The notes beneath the pieces are model-generated. The model was not told where the DNA came from. It was given only the letters and a program-made list of their open reading frames with translations, and did no database searches. A DNA stretch of 64,000 nucleotides, from contig JBBQUR010000014.1 of the NCBI GenBank assembly GCA_038212275.1, positions 64,001-128,000 of the forward strand, in the 5' to 3' direction. Position numbers and translations under genes: made by a program. Positions 29,121 to 38,480 of this stretch are shown here, piece after piece; positions within the stretch are counted from its first letter, which is position 1, and each line of letters begins with the position of its first letter. Source of the stretch: Planctomycetota bacterium (GTDB lineage Bacteria; Planctomycetota; B15-G4).

Positions 29121-29759
29121 TCAGGGCGGCCAGGGCAGGCAGGTCCGGCATGGCGAGCAACCGGCCGCAAGCAGTCCCGCCACGTCCCAGGTGCATTCGT
29201 GCCGCGCTGCATCCCGCGCCACCCACGGACAATCGGCTCGATGGAAGCGTCCGGTGCTCCGCAGAAACGGGAGCGGACCGGCGGCCGAAAGCCGCGCGTG
29301 CACGCCACGTCGCGCGGCCACGGCCTGCGCCTGGAGTGCACGGAGCGCCGCGCTCTCGTCGATGTACGTCCACGCGAGTCCGGCCTGCACGAGTCCTGCC
29401 GAGAGGCTCTCGCCGTCCACTTCGAGATCCGCCAGCAGCCGCCCGTAGTGATCGCGAGGCGCTCGTGCGGGCCGCAGCACGAACGCGCGAGCTTCCAGAA
29501 AAGCCGCCGTGAATCGAGCGGCTTCCTTCGCAAGCGGTCGGCCGGTCTCGGGGCAGTCCACTCCCGGCAGGCGGACGCGCGTGCCGTCGGCGAGGCGCAC
29601 GGTGTCGCCGTCGAGCACGGACACCGGGCCCGACAACGTGGCGAGCGCCGCCGCTGCGGAAGTCCGCGGCGGCGGCGCCCGCAGGCCGGCGAGAACCACG
29701 CCGACCAGCACCAGCAGTGCCAGCCAGCGGCGCCGGGCCGCGAGGAAACGCGGGATCAG
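29121..29759 (-). CDS. Membrane-anchored thermonuclease (SNase-like) with a C-terminal Ada-like Cys/His metal-binding domain
   Basis: VLDGDT, VRLPGVDCPE, DHYGRLLA, LVQAGLAW; C-terminal FHRADC...SPCRTCLP. Start uncertain (CTG 29759 or GTG 29711). Confidence 0.8.
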   Translation of the reverse strand: MIPRFLAARRRWLALLVLVGVVLAGLRAPPPRTSAAAALATLSGPVSVLDGDTVRLADGTRVRLPGVDCPETGRPLAKEAARFTAAFLEARAFVLRPARAPRDHYGRLLADLEVDGESLSAGLVQAGLAWTYIDESAALRALQAQAVAARRGVHARLSAAGPLPFLRSTGRFHRADCPWVARDAARHECTWDVAGLLAAGCSPCRTCLPWPP

Positions 29760-30868
29760 CCCAGCGCGGCGGCGAGCGGCACGAGCTGCCGGTCGAAGGC
29801 CTTCGCCACGCCTTCGTGCGTGATGGCGCCGCCCATGACGTTGGCGCCGTGCGCCAGCGACGCATCCGAGTTGAGCGCCTTGCGCACGCCGTCGCGCGCG
29901 AGGATGCGGGCGTAGGGCAGCGTCACGTTCGTCAGCGCGAAGGTGGACGTCCGCGGCACGGCACCCGGCATGTTGGCCACCGCGTAGTGCAGGATGCCAT
30001 CCACCATGTAGGTCGGGTCCAGGTGCGTGGTCGGGTGGATGGTCTCCACGCAACCGCCCTGGTCCACGGCCACGTCCACGATGACGGCGCCCGGCGGAAG
30101 CAGCGAGAGGTCCGCGCGCGTGATGAGCTTGGGGGCCTTGTAGCCCGTGATCAGCACGGCGCCGATGACCAGATCCGCAGACGGCAGTTCCTCCAGGATG
30201 GCCAGACGGCTGCTGTGCCGCGTGATCACATTGGCAGGCATGACGTCATCGAGGTAGCGCAGGCGATCCATGGACGTGTCCATGATGGTGACGCGCGCGC
30301 CGAGTCCCGCAGCCATCTTCGCCGCATTGATGCCGACGATGCCGCCGCCCAGGATGAGCACATTGCCCGGCTTGACGCCCGGCACGCCGCCGAGCAGCAC
30401 GCCGCGACCACCCATCGGCTTCTCGAGGTACTTCGCGCCCTCCTGCACGGCCATGCGGCCCGCGACCTCGGACATGGGCGTGAGCAGCGGCAGCGTGCCG
30501 CCGACCTGCACGGTCTCGTACGCGATGCAGTGCGAACCCGACTTCAGCATGGCGTCGGTGAGCGTCTCGCTCGCGGCAAAATGGAAGTAGGTGAAGAGCA
30601 CCTGGCCCTTCTTGATGCGCTTGTACTCGACCTCGATCGGCTCCTTGACCTTCACGATCATGTCCGCCTCGCCGTAAACGGCGTCGGCATCGGGCAGCAG
30701 CTTCGCGCCGGCCCGGACGTACTCGGCGTCGGGGATGCCGCTGCCGAGACCGGCGCCCATCTGGACGCAGACCTGATGCCCGTCGCGCACCAGGACATCG
30801 GCGCCTGCGGGGGTCATGCCCACGCGGTTCTCACTGGGCTTGATCTCGGACGGGACCCCGATCTTCAT
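29756..30868 (-). CDS. ald: Alanine dehydrogenase
   Basis: MKIGVPSEIK..ENRV, KVKEP, LFTYFH, PMSEVAGR, DVAVDQGG, VANMPGAVPRTST. Confidence 0.97.
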   Translation of the reverse strand: MKIGVPSEIKPSENRVGMTPAGADVLVRDGHQVCVQMGAGLGSGIPDAEYVRAGAKLLPDADAVYGEADMIVKVKEPIEVEYKRIKKGQVLFTYFHFAASETLTDAMLKSGSHCIAYETVQVGGTLPLLTPMSEVAGRMAVQEGAKYLEKPMGGRGVLLGGVPGVKPGNVLILGGGIVGINAAKMAAGLGARVTIMDTSMDRLRYLDDVMPANVITRHSSRLAILEELPSADLVIGAVLITGYKAPKLITRADLSLLPPGAVIVDVAVDQGGCVETIHPTTHLDPTYMVDGILHYAVANMPGAVPRTSTFALTNVTLPYARILARDGVRKALNSDASLAHGANVMGGAITHEGVAKAFDRQLVPLAAALG

Positions 30869-31091
30869 GGCGGCTTCCTTGGCGTGGCGGGCAGGGAGTG
30901 GACGGCCACGCTGCGCCGGGAGGGCGCCACGGGACCGGTGGACAAACGCCCGCAGAGTTTATGGAAGCGCCGGCACCGGCGACAAGCCGCCCGCGCGGAG
31001 CGCGGGCCGGCGCGACGAGCCTCCGCACCCTGAACGTCCTCCCCGCCGGCTCGTCGGGAGAGGGCTGCGCAGATCTCCCGCAGGCCACTCG

Positions 31092-31120
31092 TTGATCGCG
31101 CACGCCGATCCGCGTATGAC
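31092..31120 (+). promoter_or_regulatory. Putative sigma70-type promoter of the tRNA
   Basis: TTGATC-N17-TATGAC, 35 nt upstream of the tRNA 5' end. Confidence 0.5.
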
Positions 31121-31155
31121 ATGCGCCCTCGCGCCACGCGCGAACCCCATCCCGG

Positions 31156-31232
31156 GGGCGCATAGCTCAGTTGGTTAGAGCACCAGCTCGACAAGCTGGG
31201 GGTCGCAGGTTCGAATCCTGCTGCGCCCACCA
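31156..31232 (+). tRNA. tRNA-Val (GAC)
   Basis: Acceptor gggcgca/tgcgccc, D arm agctcagttggttagagc, anticodon stem ccagc/gctgg with GAC at 31190-31192, T arm gcaggttcgaatcctgc, encoded CCA. Confidence 0.95.
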
Positions 31233-31264
31233 TGCTGGGTGGCCCGCAGACCCGCGAGGATCGC

Positions 31265-32512
31265 ATGCCCGTAGACCTCTCGGTCGCCGTGCCGCTGGCG
31301 TGGGTCATCCCCTTCGTGCTTCTCCTGCTGGCGATCGCGGTCTTCCCGCTGTTCGCGCCGCATTTCTGGGAGCACAACAGGAACAAGGGCATCGTCGCGG
31401 CAGTCCTCGGACTGCCGGTGGCCCTCTGGGCCTGGCAGACCCAGCCGCACGCGCTGATGGAGACGGCGCACGACTACGGGGCGTTCATGCTCCTGCTCGG
31501 CTCGCTCTTCGTGGTCGCCGGCGGCCTGTATCTGGACGGCGACCTGCGTGCCACGCCCAAGGTGAACTGCGTGTTCATGCTGATCGGCGCCGTGCTGGCC
31601 AATTTCGTGGGCACCACCGGCGCCGCGATGCTGCTCATCCGGCCGCTGCTGCGCACCAACAGCGAGCGCAAACACGTACGGCACACGGTGATCTTCTTCA
31701 TCTTCATCGTGTGCAACGTCGGCGGCTGCCTCACGCCGCTGGGCGATCCCCCGCTCTTCGTCGGCTACCTGCGCGGCGTGCCCTTCCTGTGGACGTTGAG
31801 GCTGTGGCCCGAGTGGCTCGCGATGAATCTCGCGCTGCTGGCGATCTACTACGTCTGGGACTCGCGGGCCATCCGCAAGGAAACGGCCAAGGCGCTGAAG
31901 GCCGACATCACGAACTTCGTGCCGCTGAGCCTTCAGGGCAAGGTGAACCTGCTGCTCCTGGCCGGAATCGTCCCGGCCGTCGCGCTTGCTCCCATGGGCA
32001 CGCGCGAAGCCATCATGGCCGGCATCGCGCTGCTGTCCCTGGCGCTCACGCCCAGGGGCGTGCGCGCGCGCAACAGCTTCGCCTGGGGCCCGATCATCGA
32101 GGTCGCGGTGCTCTTCGCGGGAATCTTCGTGACGATGCTGCCGGCGCTCGAGTACCTGCGCGAGCACGGGCCGGAACTCGGCGTGAAGACTCCGCTGCAT
32201 TTCTTCTGGATCACAGGCTCGTTGTCGAGCTTCCTCGACAACACGCCCACGTACCTCACGCTGCTCGCGCTGGCGCAGAGTCTCGACATGCCGCGCCAGG
32301 TGGCCGGCGTCAGTCACGAGATCCTCACCGCCATTTCGCTCGGCGCCGTCTTCATGGGTGCGATGACGTACATCGGCAACGGCCCGAACTTCATGGTGAA
32401 GGCCATCGCCGACAGCAGCGGCGTGAAGATGCCTACCTTCTTCGGATTCCTGCTCTACAGCGTGGCGATCCTGCTGCCGCTCCTGGCCGTGCTGAGCCTG
32501 GTGACCTTCTAG
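31265..32512 (+). CDS. Putative sodium:proton antiporter (ion transporter superfamily, CitMHS-like)
   Basis: GTTGAAMLLIRP, NVGGCLTPLGDPPLF, SSFLDNTPTY, TYIGNGPNFMVK; GAGGA RBS before ATG 31265. Confidence 0.88.
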   Translation: MPVDLSVAVPLAWVIPFVLLLLAIAVFPLFAPHFWEHNRNKGIVAAVLGLPVALWAWQTQPHALMETAHDYGAFMLLLGSLFVVAGGLYLDGDLRATPKVNCVFMLIGAVLANFVGTTGAAMLLIRPLLRTNSERKHVRHTVIFFIFIVCNVGGCLTPLGDPPLFVGYLRGVPFLWTLRLWPEWLAMNLALLAIYYVWDSRAIRKETAKALKADITNFVPLSLQGKVNLLLLAGIVPAVALAPMGTREAIMAGIALLSLALTPRGVRARNSFAWGPIIEVAVLFAGIFVTMLPALEYLREHGPELGVKTPLHFFWITGSLSSFLDNTPTYLTLLALAQSLDMPRQVAGVSHEILTAISLGAVFMGAMTYIGNGPNFMVKAIADSSGVKMPTFFGFLLYSVAILLPLLAVLSLVTF

Positions 32513-32806
32513 CGGGCGGCCCGCGCCGGACATGTCCGGCTCCGGTCAGGCCCGCTCCGGGCCGGTCCCGGGCGGCCCCGCGCGGCCGGTCGATCCAGCG
32601 AGAGGGCCATGTACGCGGCCGCAGACCCCTCCCCGCGCCTCCCGCCGGCCGGAAGCCGCCGCCATGCACCCCGCTGGTTTCGTGCCGCCACGGCTTCCCC
32701 CGCAGATCGCTTTCGTGCGGCGCCTCAAGCCACGCGGAGCATGCAACCGATGAACACCTCCGATTCGAGCCTGGCCGCGGGTGGCCGGGGGGCAGCGAGG
32801 TAGTGC

Positions 32807-33322
32807 GTGGGCAACACGACAAGAAGCGAGACCGGGCTGGCGGCTCTCGAGTTCGTCATCGTGGTGAGCGTGCTCGTGCTGCTCACGGGTGTGCTCGTGC
32901 CGTCCATCGACCGAGCCGTGCTCGAGAGTCAGCGCAAGGACGCAGCCGCCGCCATGTCGGGCCTCGCGGAAGGCATCCGGCAGTACCACCGAGACACCGG
33001 TGCCTGGCCGAGCGCGGGCACGCCCGAGACCGTCAAGGCGTCGTTTGAAGTGGCCGAAGCCTTCACCTGCCTGCGCGAGAACATCCACGGCCTCTCCGGC
33101 TGGAGCGGGCCGTACGTGGGCCCCACCGTCGCGGCCCTGCGCGACCCATGGGGTCAGCCCTTCGTGATCTACACGTTTGCTGCGGACTATCTGCACTCCG
33201 GCGGCGGCATCTGCATCGTCAGCGGCGGTCCCGACGGCAGCGTGCTGACGCATCGCGCCGCCATCCTCGTCGGCACCGCGACGCAGGACGACCTCGTCGC
33301 GGTCGTCACTCCCGGCCTCTGA
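32807..33322 (+). CDS. Type II secretion pseudopilin (GspG-like)
   Basis: Prepilin site G|LAALE followed by a hydrophobic helix, QYHRDTGAWP, WSGPY, DPWGQPF, SGGPDG. Confidence 0.82.
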   Translation: MGNTTRSETGLAALEFVIVVSVLVLLTGVLVPSIDRAVLESQRKDAAAAMSGLAEGIRQYHRDTGAWPSAGTPETVKASFEVAEAFTCLRENIHGLSGWSGPYVGPTVAALRDPWGQPFVIYTFAADYLHSGGGICIVSGGPDGSVLTHRAAILVGTATQDDLVAVVTPGL

Positions 33323-33432
33323 GGTCCCGGATCCGCGGGCGCGATCCAGCCACTCGCCCAACGGCCCCCGGCCCGGCACAGTAGTGAGCCCGGACGTCCG
33401 TTCCGCTGCTCCTGTCGACCTCGAGGTGGCCC

Positions 33433-34779
33433 ATGCCTTTCGCGCTGCTCGCGTTGCTGCTCCTGATCTGCTGCCCCTCGGTCGTCGCGCAGGCGAGCGG
33501 CGGCCCGACGCCTGAACGACTGATCTCCGAGCGCACCACGCCGGTCGTGGTCGTGGTGCGCGACGTCGGCCCCTCGGTGGTCAACGTCTATCAGGAACTC
33601 GTGCAGGAAGTCGAGCGCCCCTATCCCTACAACCTGCTGTACGGACCGCAGCGCTCCACGTACTCCAGTCTCGGGTCCGGCTTCGTCATCGATCGCGACG
33701 GCTACATCCTGACCAACGCGCACGTCATCCAGGGCGGCGACAAGGGCATCAAGATCAGCCTCTCCGACGGCACCACGTATCCGGCCGAACGCGTGGCCGT
33801 GGATCCCGACAGCGACGTGGCGCTGCTGCACATCGTGCCCGATGCCGACCACCCGCTGCAGCCCGCGCCGATCGGCACGTCGTCGGATCTCATGGTCGGC
33901 GAGACCGTCATCGCGATCGGCAACCCGCTGGGCAAGGAGAACAGCGTCGCGACCGGCATCGTCAGCTCGCTCTTTCGCGACGTGCGCGTGCCGCTGTCGG
34001 CCCGTGGCGCGCGAGGCCAGCTCTCGCCGGCCTTCAAGGACTTCATCCAGATCGACGCACCCATCAATCCGGGCAACAGCGGCGGACCGCTGCTCAATAT
34101 CCACGGCGAGGTCATCGGCATCAACTTCGCCATCGCGAGCGACGCGCAGGGCATCGGCTTCGCGATCCCGATCGATCGCGTGCGCAGGAGCCTCATCGGC
34201 AATCTGCTCAACCCGCGCCTCAATCGCACCGTGGTGACGGGACTCGAGGTCGCCGGCGATCGCACCGGCAAGCACGTCACGCTCACGCAGGTCACGCCCG
34301 ACGGCCCCGCCGCGAAGGCCGGCCTGCAGGTCGGCGATGAGCTGGTCGACGTGCTCGCGCAACCGATCACCTGGGAATTCGATTTCAGCAAGGCGCTGCT
34401 CGAGACGCGACCGGGCGACCGCATTCCCGTGACCGTCCAGCGCGGCGAGCACACGATCCGCGCCAGCATCGAGCTGGCGCGCGACAACTCGCCGCTGCTC
34501 ACCATCTGGCGCATGCTCGGGCTCGCGGTCGTCGACCACCCGAAGTTCAAGGGCGTGCTCGTGGAGCGCGTGGACCCCGCGGGCCCCGGCGCGCAGATCG
34601 GCATCCAGGCCGGCGACCTCATCGACGGACTCGGCGATCAGCTCGCGGACTCGGCCCTCGACCTCTACTCGGCCATCGCCGAGCAGGCGCCCGGCACCCT
34701 CGTCACCATTCATGTCTGGCGCGCCAACGTGGCCTCCGCAGGCCAGCTCCGGCTGGCGCCCGCCACGGACACGCGCTGA
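33433..34779 (+). CDS. HtrA/DegQ-like periplasmic serine protease with two PDZ domains
   Basis: GSGFVI, LTNAHVI, DVALL, IQIDAPINPGNSGGPL; PDZ segments GPAAKAGLQVGD and GPGAQIGIQAGD. Confidence 0.93.
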   Translation: MPFALLALLLLICCPSVVAQASGGPTPERLISERTTPVVVVVRDVGPSVVNVYQELVQEVERPYPYNLLYGPQRSTYSSLGSGFVIDRDGYILTNAHVIQGGDKGIKISLSDGTTYPAERVAVDPDSDVALLHIVPDADHPLQPAPIGTSSDLMVGETVIAIGNPLGKENSVATGIVSSLFRDVRVPLSARGARGQLSPAFKDFIQIDAPINPGNSGGPLLNIHGEVIGINFAIASDAQGIGFAIPIDRVRRSLIGNLLNPRLNRTVVTGLEVAGDRTGKHVTLTQVTPDGPAAKAGLQVGDELVDVLAQPITWEFDFSKALLETRPGDRIPVTVQRGEHTIRASIELARDNSPLLTIWRMLGLAVVDHPKFKGVLVERVDPAGPGAQIGIQAGDLIDGLGDQLADSALDLYSAIAEQAPGTLVTIHVWRANVASAGQLRLAPATDTR

Positions 34780-34873
34780 ACGGCGCCCTGCGCCATTCGT
34801 CGTCGCCTGTCCGGGAACGTGCGGCACGCGAACTCGCCCGGGCGGAGGCCTGCCCGGGAGCGCGTGGCGCACG

Positions 34874-34902
34874 TTGGCCATCGTCGGGTCGCGGGGTATT
34901 CT
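34874..34902 (+). promoter_or_regulatory. Putative sigma70-type promoter for the small protein-nadD unit
   Basis: TTGGCC-N17-TATTCT, 37 nt before ATG 34940. Confidence 0.5.
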
Positions 34903-34939
34903 GCGTCCGACCCAGTCACTTCCCGCGGGCGCCCCGTCG

Positions 34940-35092
34940 ATGAGTTCCTTCAAGCAGTTCCTGGCCGAGAACAAGCTCTGGTGGATCATCCCCATCGTGA
35001 TCGTGCTGGGGCTCGTGGCGTGGATGCTGTTCGCCGACACGGACGCGGACAAGGCCGAAGCCGCCTCGCCCTTCATCTACGACTCGTACTGA
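34940..35092 (+). CDS. 50-aa single-TM small protein, DUF5989-like
   Basis: MSSFKQFLAENKLWWIIPIVIVLGLVAWMLF...ASPFIYDSY matches the KxWWxxP..PFIY pattern. Confidence 0.8.
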   Translation: MSSFKQFLAENKLWWIIPIVIVLGLVAWMLFADTDADKAEAASPFIYDSY

Positions 35093-35108
35093 GCGGCGGA
35101 CGCCGCTG

Positions 35109-35810
35109 GTGTCGCCGCTGACCCCGGAGGACGCGGCCACCCGGGCTTCCGTCGCACAGCGCATCGGGTGGCTCGGCGGCAGCTTCGACCCGGTGCACAC
35201 CGGGCACCTTCACATCGCGCGACTCGCGGCCGACGCCTTCGCCCTGCAGAGCGTGCTCTTCGTGCCGGCCAGCCGGCCGCCGCACAAGCAGGAGCTCCGG
35301 CTGGCCCCGGCCGCAGATCGTCTCGCGCTGCTGGCCATCGCCTGCAGGGTCGACAGCCGGTTCAGGCCGCTCGATCTCGAGTTGCGCCGCGACGGACTCT
35401 CGTACAGCTACGACACGGCGCGCGAGTTGCTCGGGCTGCTGCCTCCGGGGAGCCGGCTGTACGCCATCATCGGCGCGGACACGCTGGCGGACCTGGCCTC
35501 CTGGCATCGCATCCGGGAGCTGGCGGCTCTCGTCCAGTTCTGCCCCGTCACGCGGGCCGGCCAGTCGCTGCAGCAGCCGGCGCTCGCGCAGGTGCTTGGC
35601 CCCGATGCTGCGGCGGATGTGGCGCGCCACGCCCTGCCTGCACCGCCGCACCCGGCTTCCTCCACGACCATCCGCGAGGCCCTGGCGCGCGGCGAGCATC
35701 CCGCCTGGCTGCCGCCCGGTGTCGAGGAGGAGATCCGGAGGCGTGGCCTTTACGGAGCCGGCGGCGCCTCGTCCAGCGACAGTTCGGGCGCGCTGCGCTC
35801 GAGGCCGTAG
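35109..35810 (+). CDS. nadD: Nicotinate-nucleotide adenylyltransferase
   Basis: GGSFDPVHTGH, PPHK, IIGAD, SSTTIR, GLY. Confidence 0.93.
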   Translation: MSPLTPEDAATRASVAQRIGWLGGSFDPVHTGHLHIARLAADAFALQSVLFVPASRPPHKQELRLAPAADRLALLAIACRVDSRFRPLDLELRRDGLSYSYDTARELLGLLPPGSRLYAIIGADTLADLASWHRIRELAALVQFCPVTRAGQSLQQPALAQVLGPDAAADVARHALPAPPHPASSTTIREALARGEHPAWLPPGVEEEIRRRGLYGAGGASSSDSSGALRSRP

Positions 35811-37267
35811 GCGTAGATCAGCCGGCCCTGCGCCGCCAGCAATCCGGCGCGCGCGACCTCGAGGTCGAGCTTGGCGCGCGTCTCGTTGTCGATGGCGGTC
35901 AGCAGATCGCGCTGCGTCTGGCGCACCTGGAAGGGCGTCGAGAGGTCGTTTTCCAGGCGCCGCTTCTCGCCCTCGTAGACCTCGCGATTCAGGCGCGTGG
36001 TCTCGGATGTGGCCGCGACGCGCTCGATCTGCAGCTGCACCTCGCGGCTTGCGTTGCGGACCTCGAAGACCGTCGTGAGCTCCGACTCGGCGAGGTCCAC
36101 GCCGGCGCGCGCGCGCGCGATCTGCGCCTGACGCAGCGCGTAACCTGCGGTGCGATTGCCGAGCGGCATCTCGAAGCCGACGGTGATGCGCTGCTCGTTG
36201 AAGGTCGTGTCGTCAAGCGCGGAGAAGGTGTCGCCGTAGCTCGCCTGGTTGGCGTTCAGGCCGTAGCTGCCCGTGAGGTCGAGGCGCGGGCGCGTCTGGT
36301 TCAGCGCACGGCGTTCCTCCACCTCCGAGCGCTGCAGGCGCTGCTGCGCCGAGGCCACGTCGGCGCGGTACTGCAGGGCGACGTCGAGCGCCGCGTCCTC
36401 GTCGATCTCCACCGCCTGCGCCGGCGCGGGCGCCGTGACGGGGCGCAGTTCGGCATGCCAGCTGTCGCGGTCCGCCGGCGCGAAGATCAGTCTGCGCAAC
36501 TCGTCTTCCGCGGTCTGCGACTGGTTGCGCGCGGTCAGCAGCTCTTCCTGTCGCTGGGCGAGCTCGGCATCCACCTCGGTCACGTTGATGCGGTTCTGGA
36601 GACCCTGCTCGAACTTGCGCTTGGTGATGTCGCGCAGCTCGGTGGCCAGACTCACTGACTCGATGCGCGTCTTGAGGTTCTGCCGCGCGAAGACCAGGTT
36701 CCAGTAGGACACCGTGACCGTCTGGAGCGTGCTGGTCGCGATGGTCTCCGCGTTCAGCGCGGCGATCGTGGCGTCGGCCCTGGCCAGCTCGAGACCGCTG
36801 ATCGGGTAGTCGTCCGCGCCGTTGCGCAACAGTGGTTGCGTGAGCGCAAGGCTCCACGCGCCGGTGAAGACCTCCGATTCGAAGTCAGTCGACGTGGTCT
36901 TGCTCGCGCGCGGTCCGCCGCTCAGTTCCCACTGCGTGCCGGTGAGCCACTGCCCGCGAAACCCGGTCAGAAAGTTGAGCGAGTCCGTCTTGGTCGCGGC
37001 GCTGCCGCCGACGTCGACACCACCCACGAAGTTGGAAGGCGAAGGTGCGGTCGTGCGCCGGTCCACGGTGCCGTCCAAGAAGAAGGTCGTGTCGAAAGCT
37101 CCCCACGCGGAGTTGAAGTTGGCGATGGCGCCCTCGGCATCCAGGCGCGTGGCCTTCAGCGGCAGGTTGTTCACGAGCGCCAGGTGGATGCAGTCATCCA
37201 GCGTGAGGTCGATGGGCTGCGGATCGGTGCCGGCAACGAGCATCAGGAGCAACGGAGCGATGATCAT
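35750..37267 (-). CDS. TolC-family outer membrane protein
   Basis: LTLDDCIHLALVNN, LTQPLLRNG, YWNLV, PRLDLTGSY, coiled helical repeats; signal peptide; ATGA overlap. Confidence 0.88.
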   Translation of the reverse strand: MIIAPLLLMLVAGTDPQPIDLTLDDCIHLALVNNLPLKATRLDAEGAIANFNSAWGAFDTTFFLDGTVDRRTTAPSPSNFVGGVDVGGSAATKTDSLNFLTGFRGQWLTGTQWELSGGPRASKTTSTDFESEVFTGAWSLALTQPLLRNGADDYPISGLELARADATIAALNAETIATSTLQTVTVSYWNLVFARQNLKTRIESVSLATELRDITKRKFEQGLQNRINVTEVDAELAQRQEELLTARNQSQTAEDELRRLIFAPADRDSWHAELRPVTAPAPAQAVEIDEDAALDVALQYRADVASAQQRLQRSEVEERRALNQTRPRLDLTGSYGLNANQASYGDTFSALDDTTFNEQRITVGFEMPLGNRTAGYALRQAQIARARAGVDLAESELTTVFEVRNASREVQLQIERVAATSETTRLNREVYEGEKRRLENDLSTPFQVRQTQRDLLTAIDNETRAKLDLEVARAGLLAAQGRLIYAYGLERSAPELSLDEAPPAP

Positions 37268-37971
37268 GGCCGGGATTGTCCCTTGTCGCGGCTGCTGGCC
37301 GCACGATCGGCCCGGGACGTTAGCAAAGTTGCCACGTTCTCGACACCTGCAGCGATCTCCTTGCGCAGGCAGATGCGACCCGCGGCGCGCAGCCTCTGCG
37401 TCCGGCCCGGCGTGAAGCAATCGGGGACCTCGTTCGCCATCCAGCGCAACTCGTCCAGCGCCTGCGTCGAGGTCCACTCGTCGGCCGATTGCAGCAGCGA
37501 GAGCAGCATGGTCAGCGTGGCGTCGATGCGCTCTTCGGTGTCGCGGATCTCCATCAGCCAGACATTGCGACGCGCGTAGGAAAGCTTGGCGGCGTAGTGC
37601 GGGTCGCGCGACGAGACGCGCTCCACGACCTCGTAGCGGCCGGCGCTGCGATAGGGCCTCAGGAAGAGGAGATCCTCATCGCCGAACTGGAATTCCTGAC
37701 TCACGCTGAAGACGGACACGTCGTCGTCCGCGTGCACCGTGCTGCCGACCATGCGTTCCAGCACGCGGACGTGCAGCAGGGACGAGCCGAGGCCGGCGTC
37801 GCGCACCGAGATCGTCCGCCCGACTACCACCAGCGGGCAGCGCGCGAGCATCTCGATGCCGAGCCGCGTGGGCGGCACGGCGGTCTGCCGTGCCGATTGC
37901 AGTGGCGCGGCGGCCGCGCTTCCCGCCATGCAGGCGACGAGCAGCAGCAGCAAGCAGGGCAGGCGTCGCAT
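37264..37971 (-). CDS. Hypothetical exported protein
   Basis: Signal peptide MRRLPCLLLLLVACMAGSAAA; TGATG-coupled to tsaE and ATGA-coupled to the TolC gene. Confidence 0.75.
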   Translation of the reverse strand: MRRLPCLLLLLVACMAGSAAAAPLQSARQTAVPPTRLGIEMLARCPLVVVGRTISVRDAGLGSSLLHVRVLERMVGSTVHADDDVSVFSVSQEFQFGDEDLLFLRPYRSAGRYEVVERVSSRDPHYAAKLSYARRNVWLMEIRDTEERIDATLTMLLSLLQSADEWTSTQALDELRWMANEVPDCFTPGRTQRLRAAGRICLRKEIAAGVENVATLLTSRADRAASSRDKGQSRP

Positions 37972-38480
37972 CAGAGGGCTTCCCCGTCGGGTGGCGCGCC
38001 GCGGCGCCAGTGCGCCCGCCGCGCGGTCTCGTGAGGCCCGGCGCCCTCGGGCAGCGTGAGCTCCAGCCACAGCGTGTCGGCGGGCAGTGCTCCGCTGACG
38101 CGGTCGGCCCACTCCACCACCGCGATGGCGCCCTGCCGGCGCACGTCGGGCAGCCCGGCGCGCTGCAGGTCGTCCGCATCGCCCAGGAAGTAGGCGTCGA
38201 AGTGTGCGAGCGTCACCCGGCCGCCGAGATAGACGTTCAGCCCGAGATAGCTGGGCGAGCACACGCCGGCTTCGGCCGGAACGCCGAGCGCCGCAGCCAG
38301 CCCGCGCGTGAACTCGGTCTTCCCGGCGCCGAGGTCGCCGACGAGTGCGAGCACGTCGCCGGCGACGAGTCGCCGCGCGAGGTCGGCGGCCAGCGCATGC
38401 GTCGCCGCCGTGTCGGGCAGGAGGCGTGTGCCGGAGAGTCCGGCAGGCGCAGCCGTCGTCGCGTCGAGCTCAGAACTCAT
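37971..38480 (-). CDS. tsaE: tRNA threonylcarbamoyladenosine biosynthesis ATPase TsaE
   Basis: LVGDLGAGKTEFTRG, SPSY, HFDAY, VVEWA. Confidence 0.93.
   Translation of the reverse strand: MSSELDATTAAPAGLSGTRLLPDTAATHALAADLARRLVAGDVLALVGDLGAGKTEFTRGLAAALGVPAEAGVCSPSYLGLNVYLGGRVTLAHFDAYFLGDADDLQRAGLPDVRRQGAIAVVEWADRVSGALPADTLWLELTLPEGAGPHETARRAHWRRGAPPDGEAL

Noticed and set aside
32741..32806. Amber read-through: a short ORF in frame with the pseudopilin, separated by TAG at 32801-32803
   Set aside because: GAGG lies at RBS distance from GTG 32807 and the resulting leader is a normal prepilin length; there is no evidence for recoding.
31156..34779. Genomic island integrated at tRNA-Val
   Set aside because: No integrase and no duplicated tRNA 3' end noticed; downstream genes look native.
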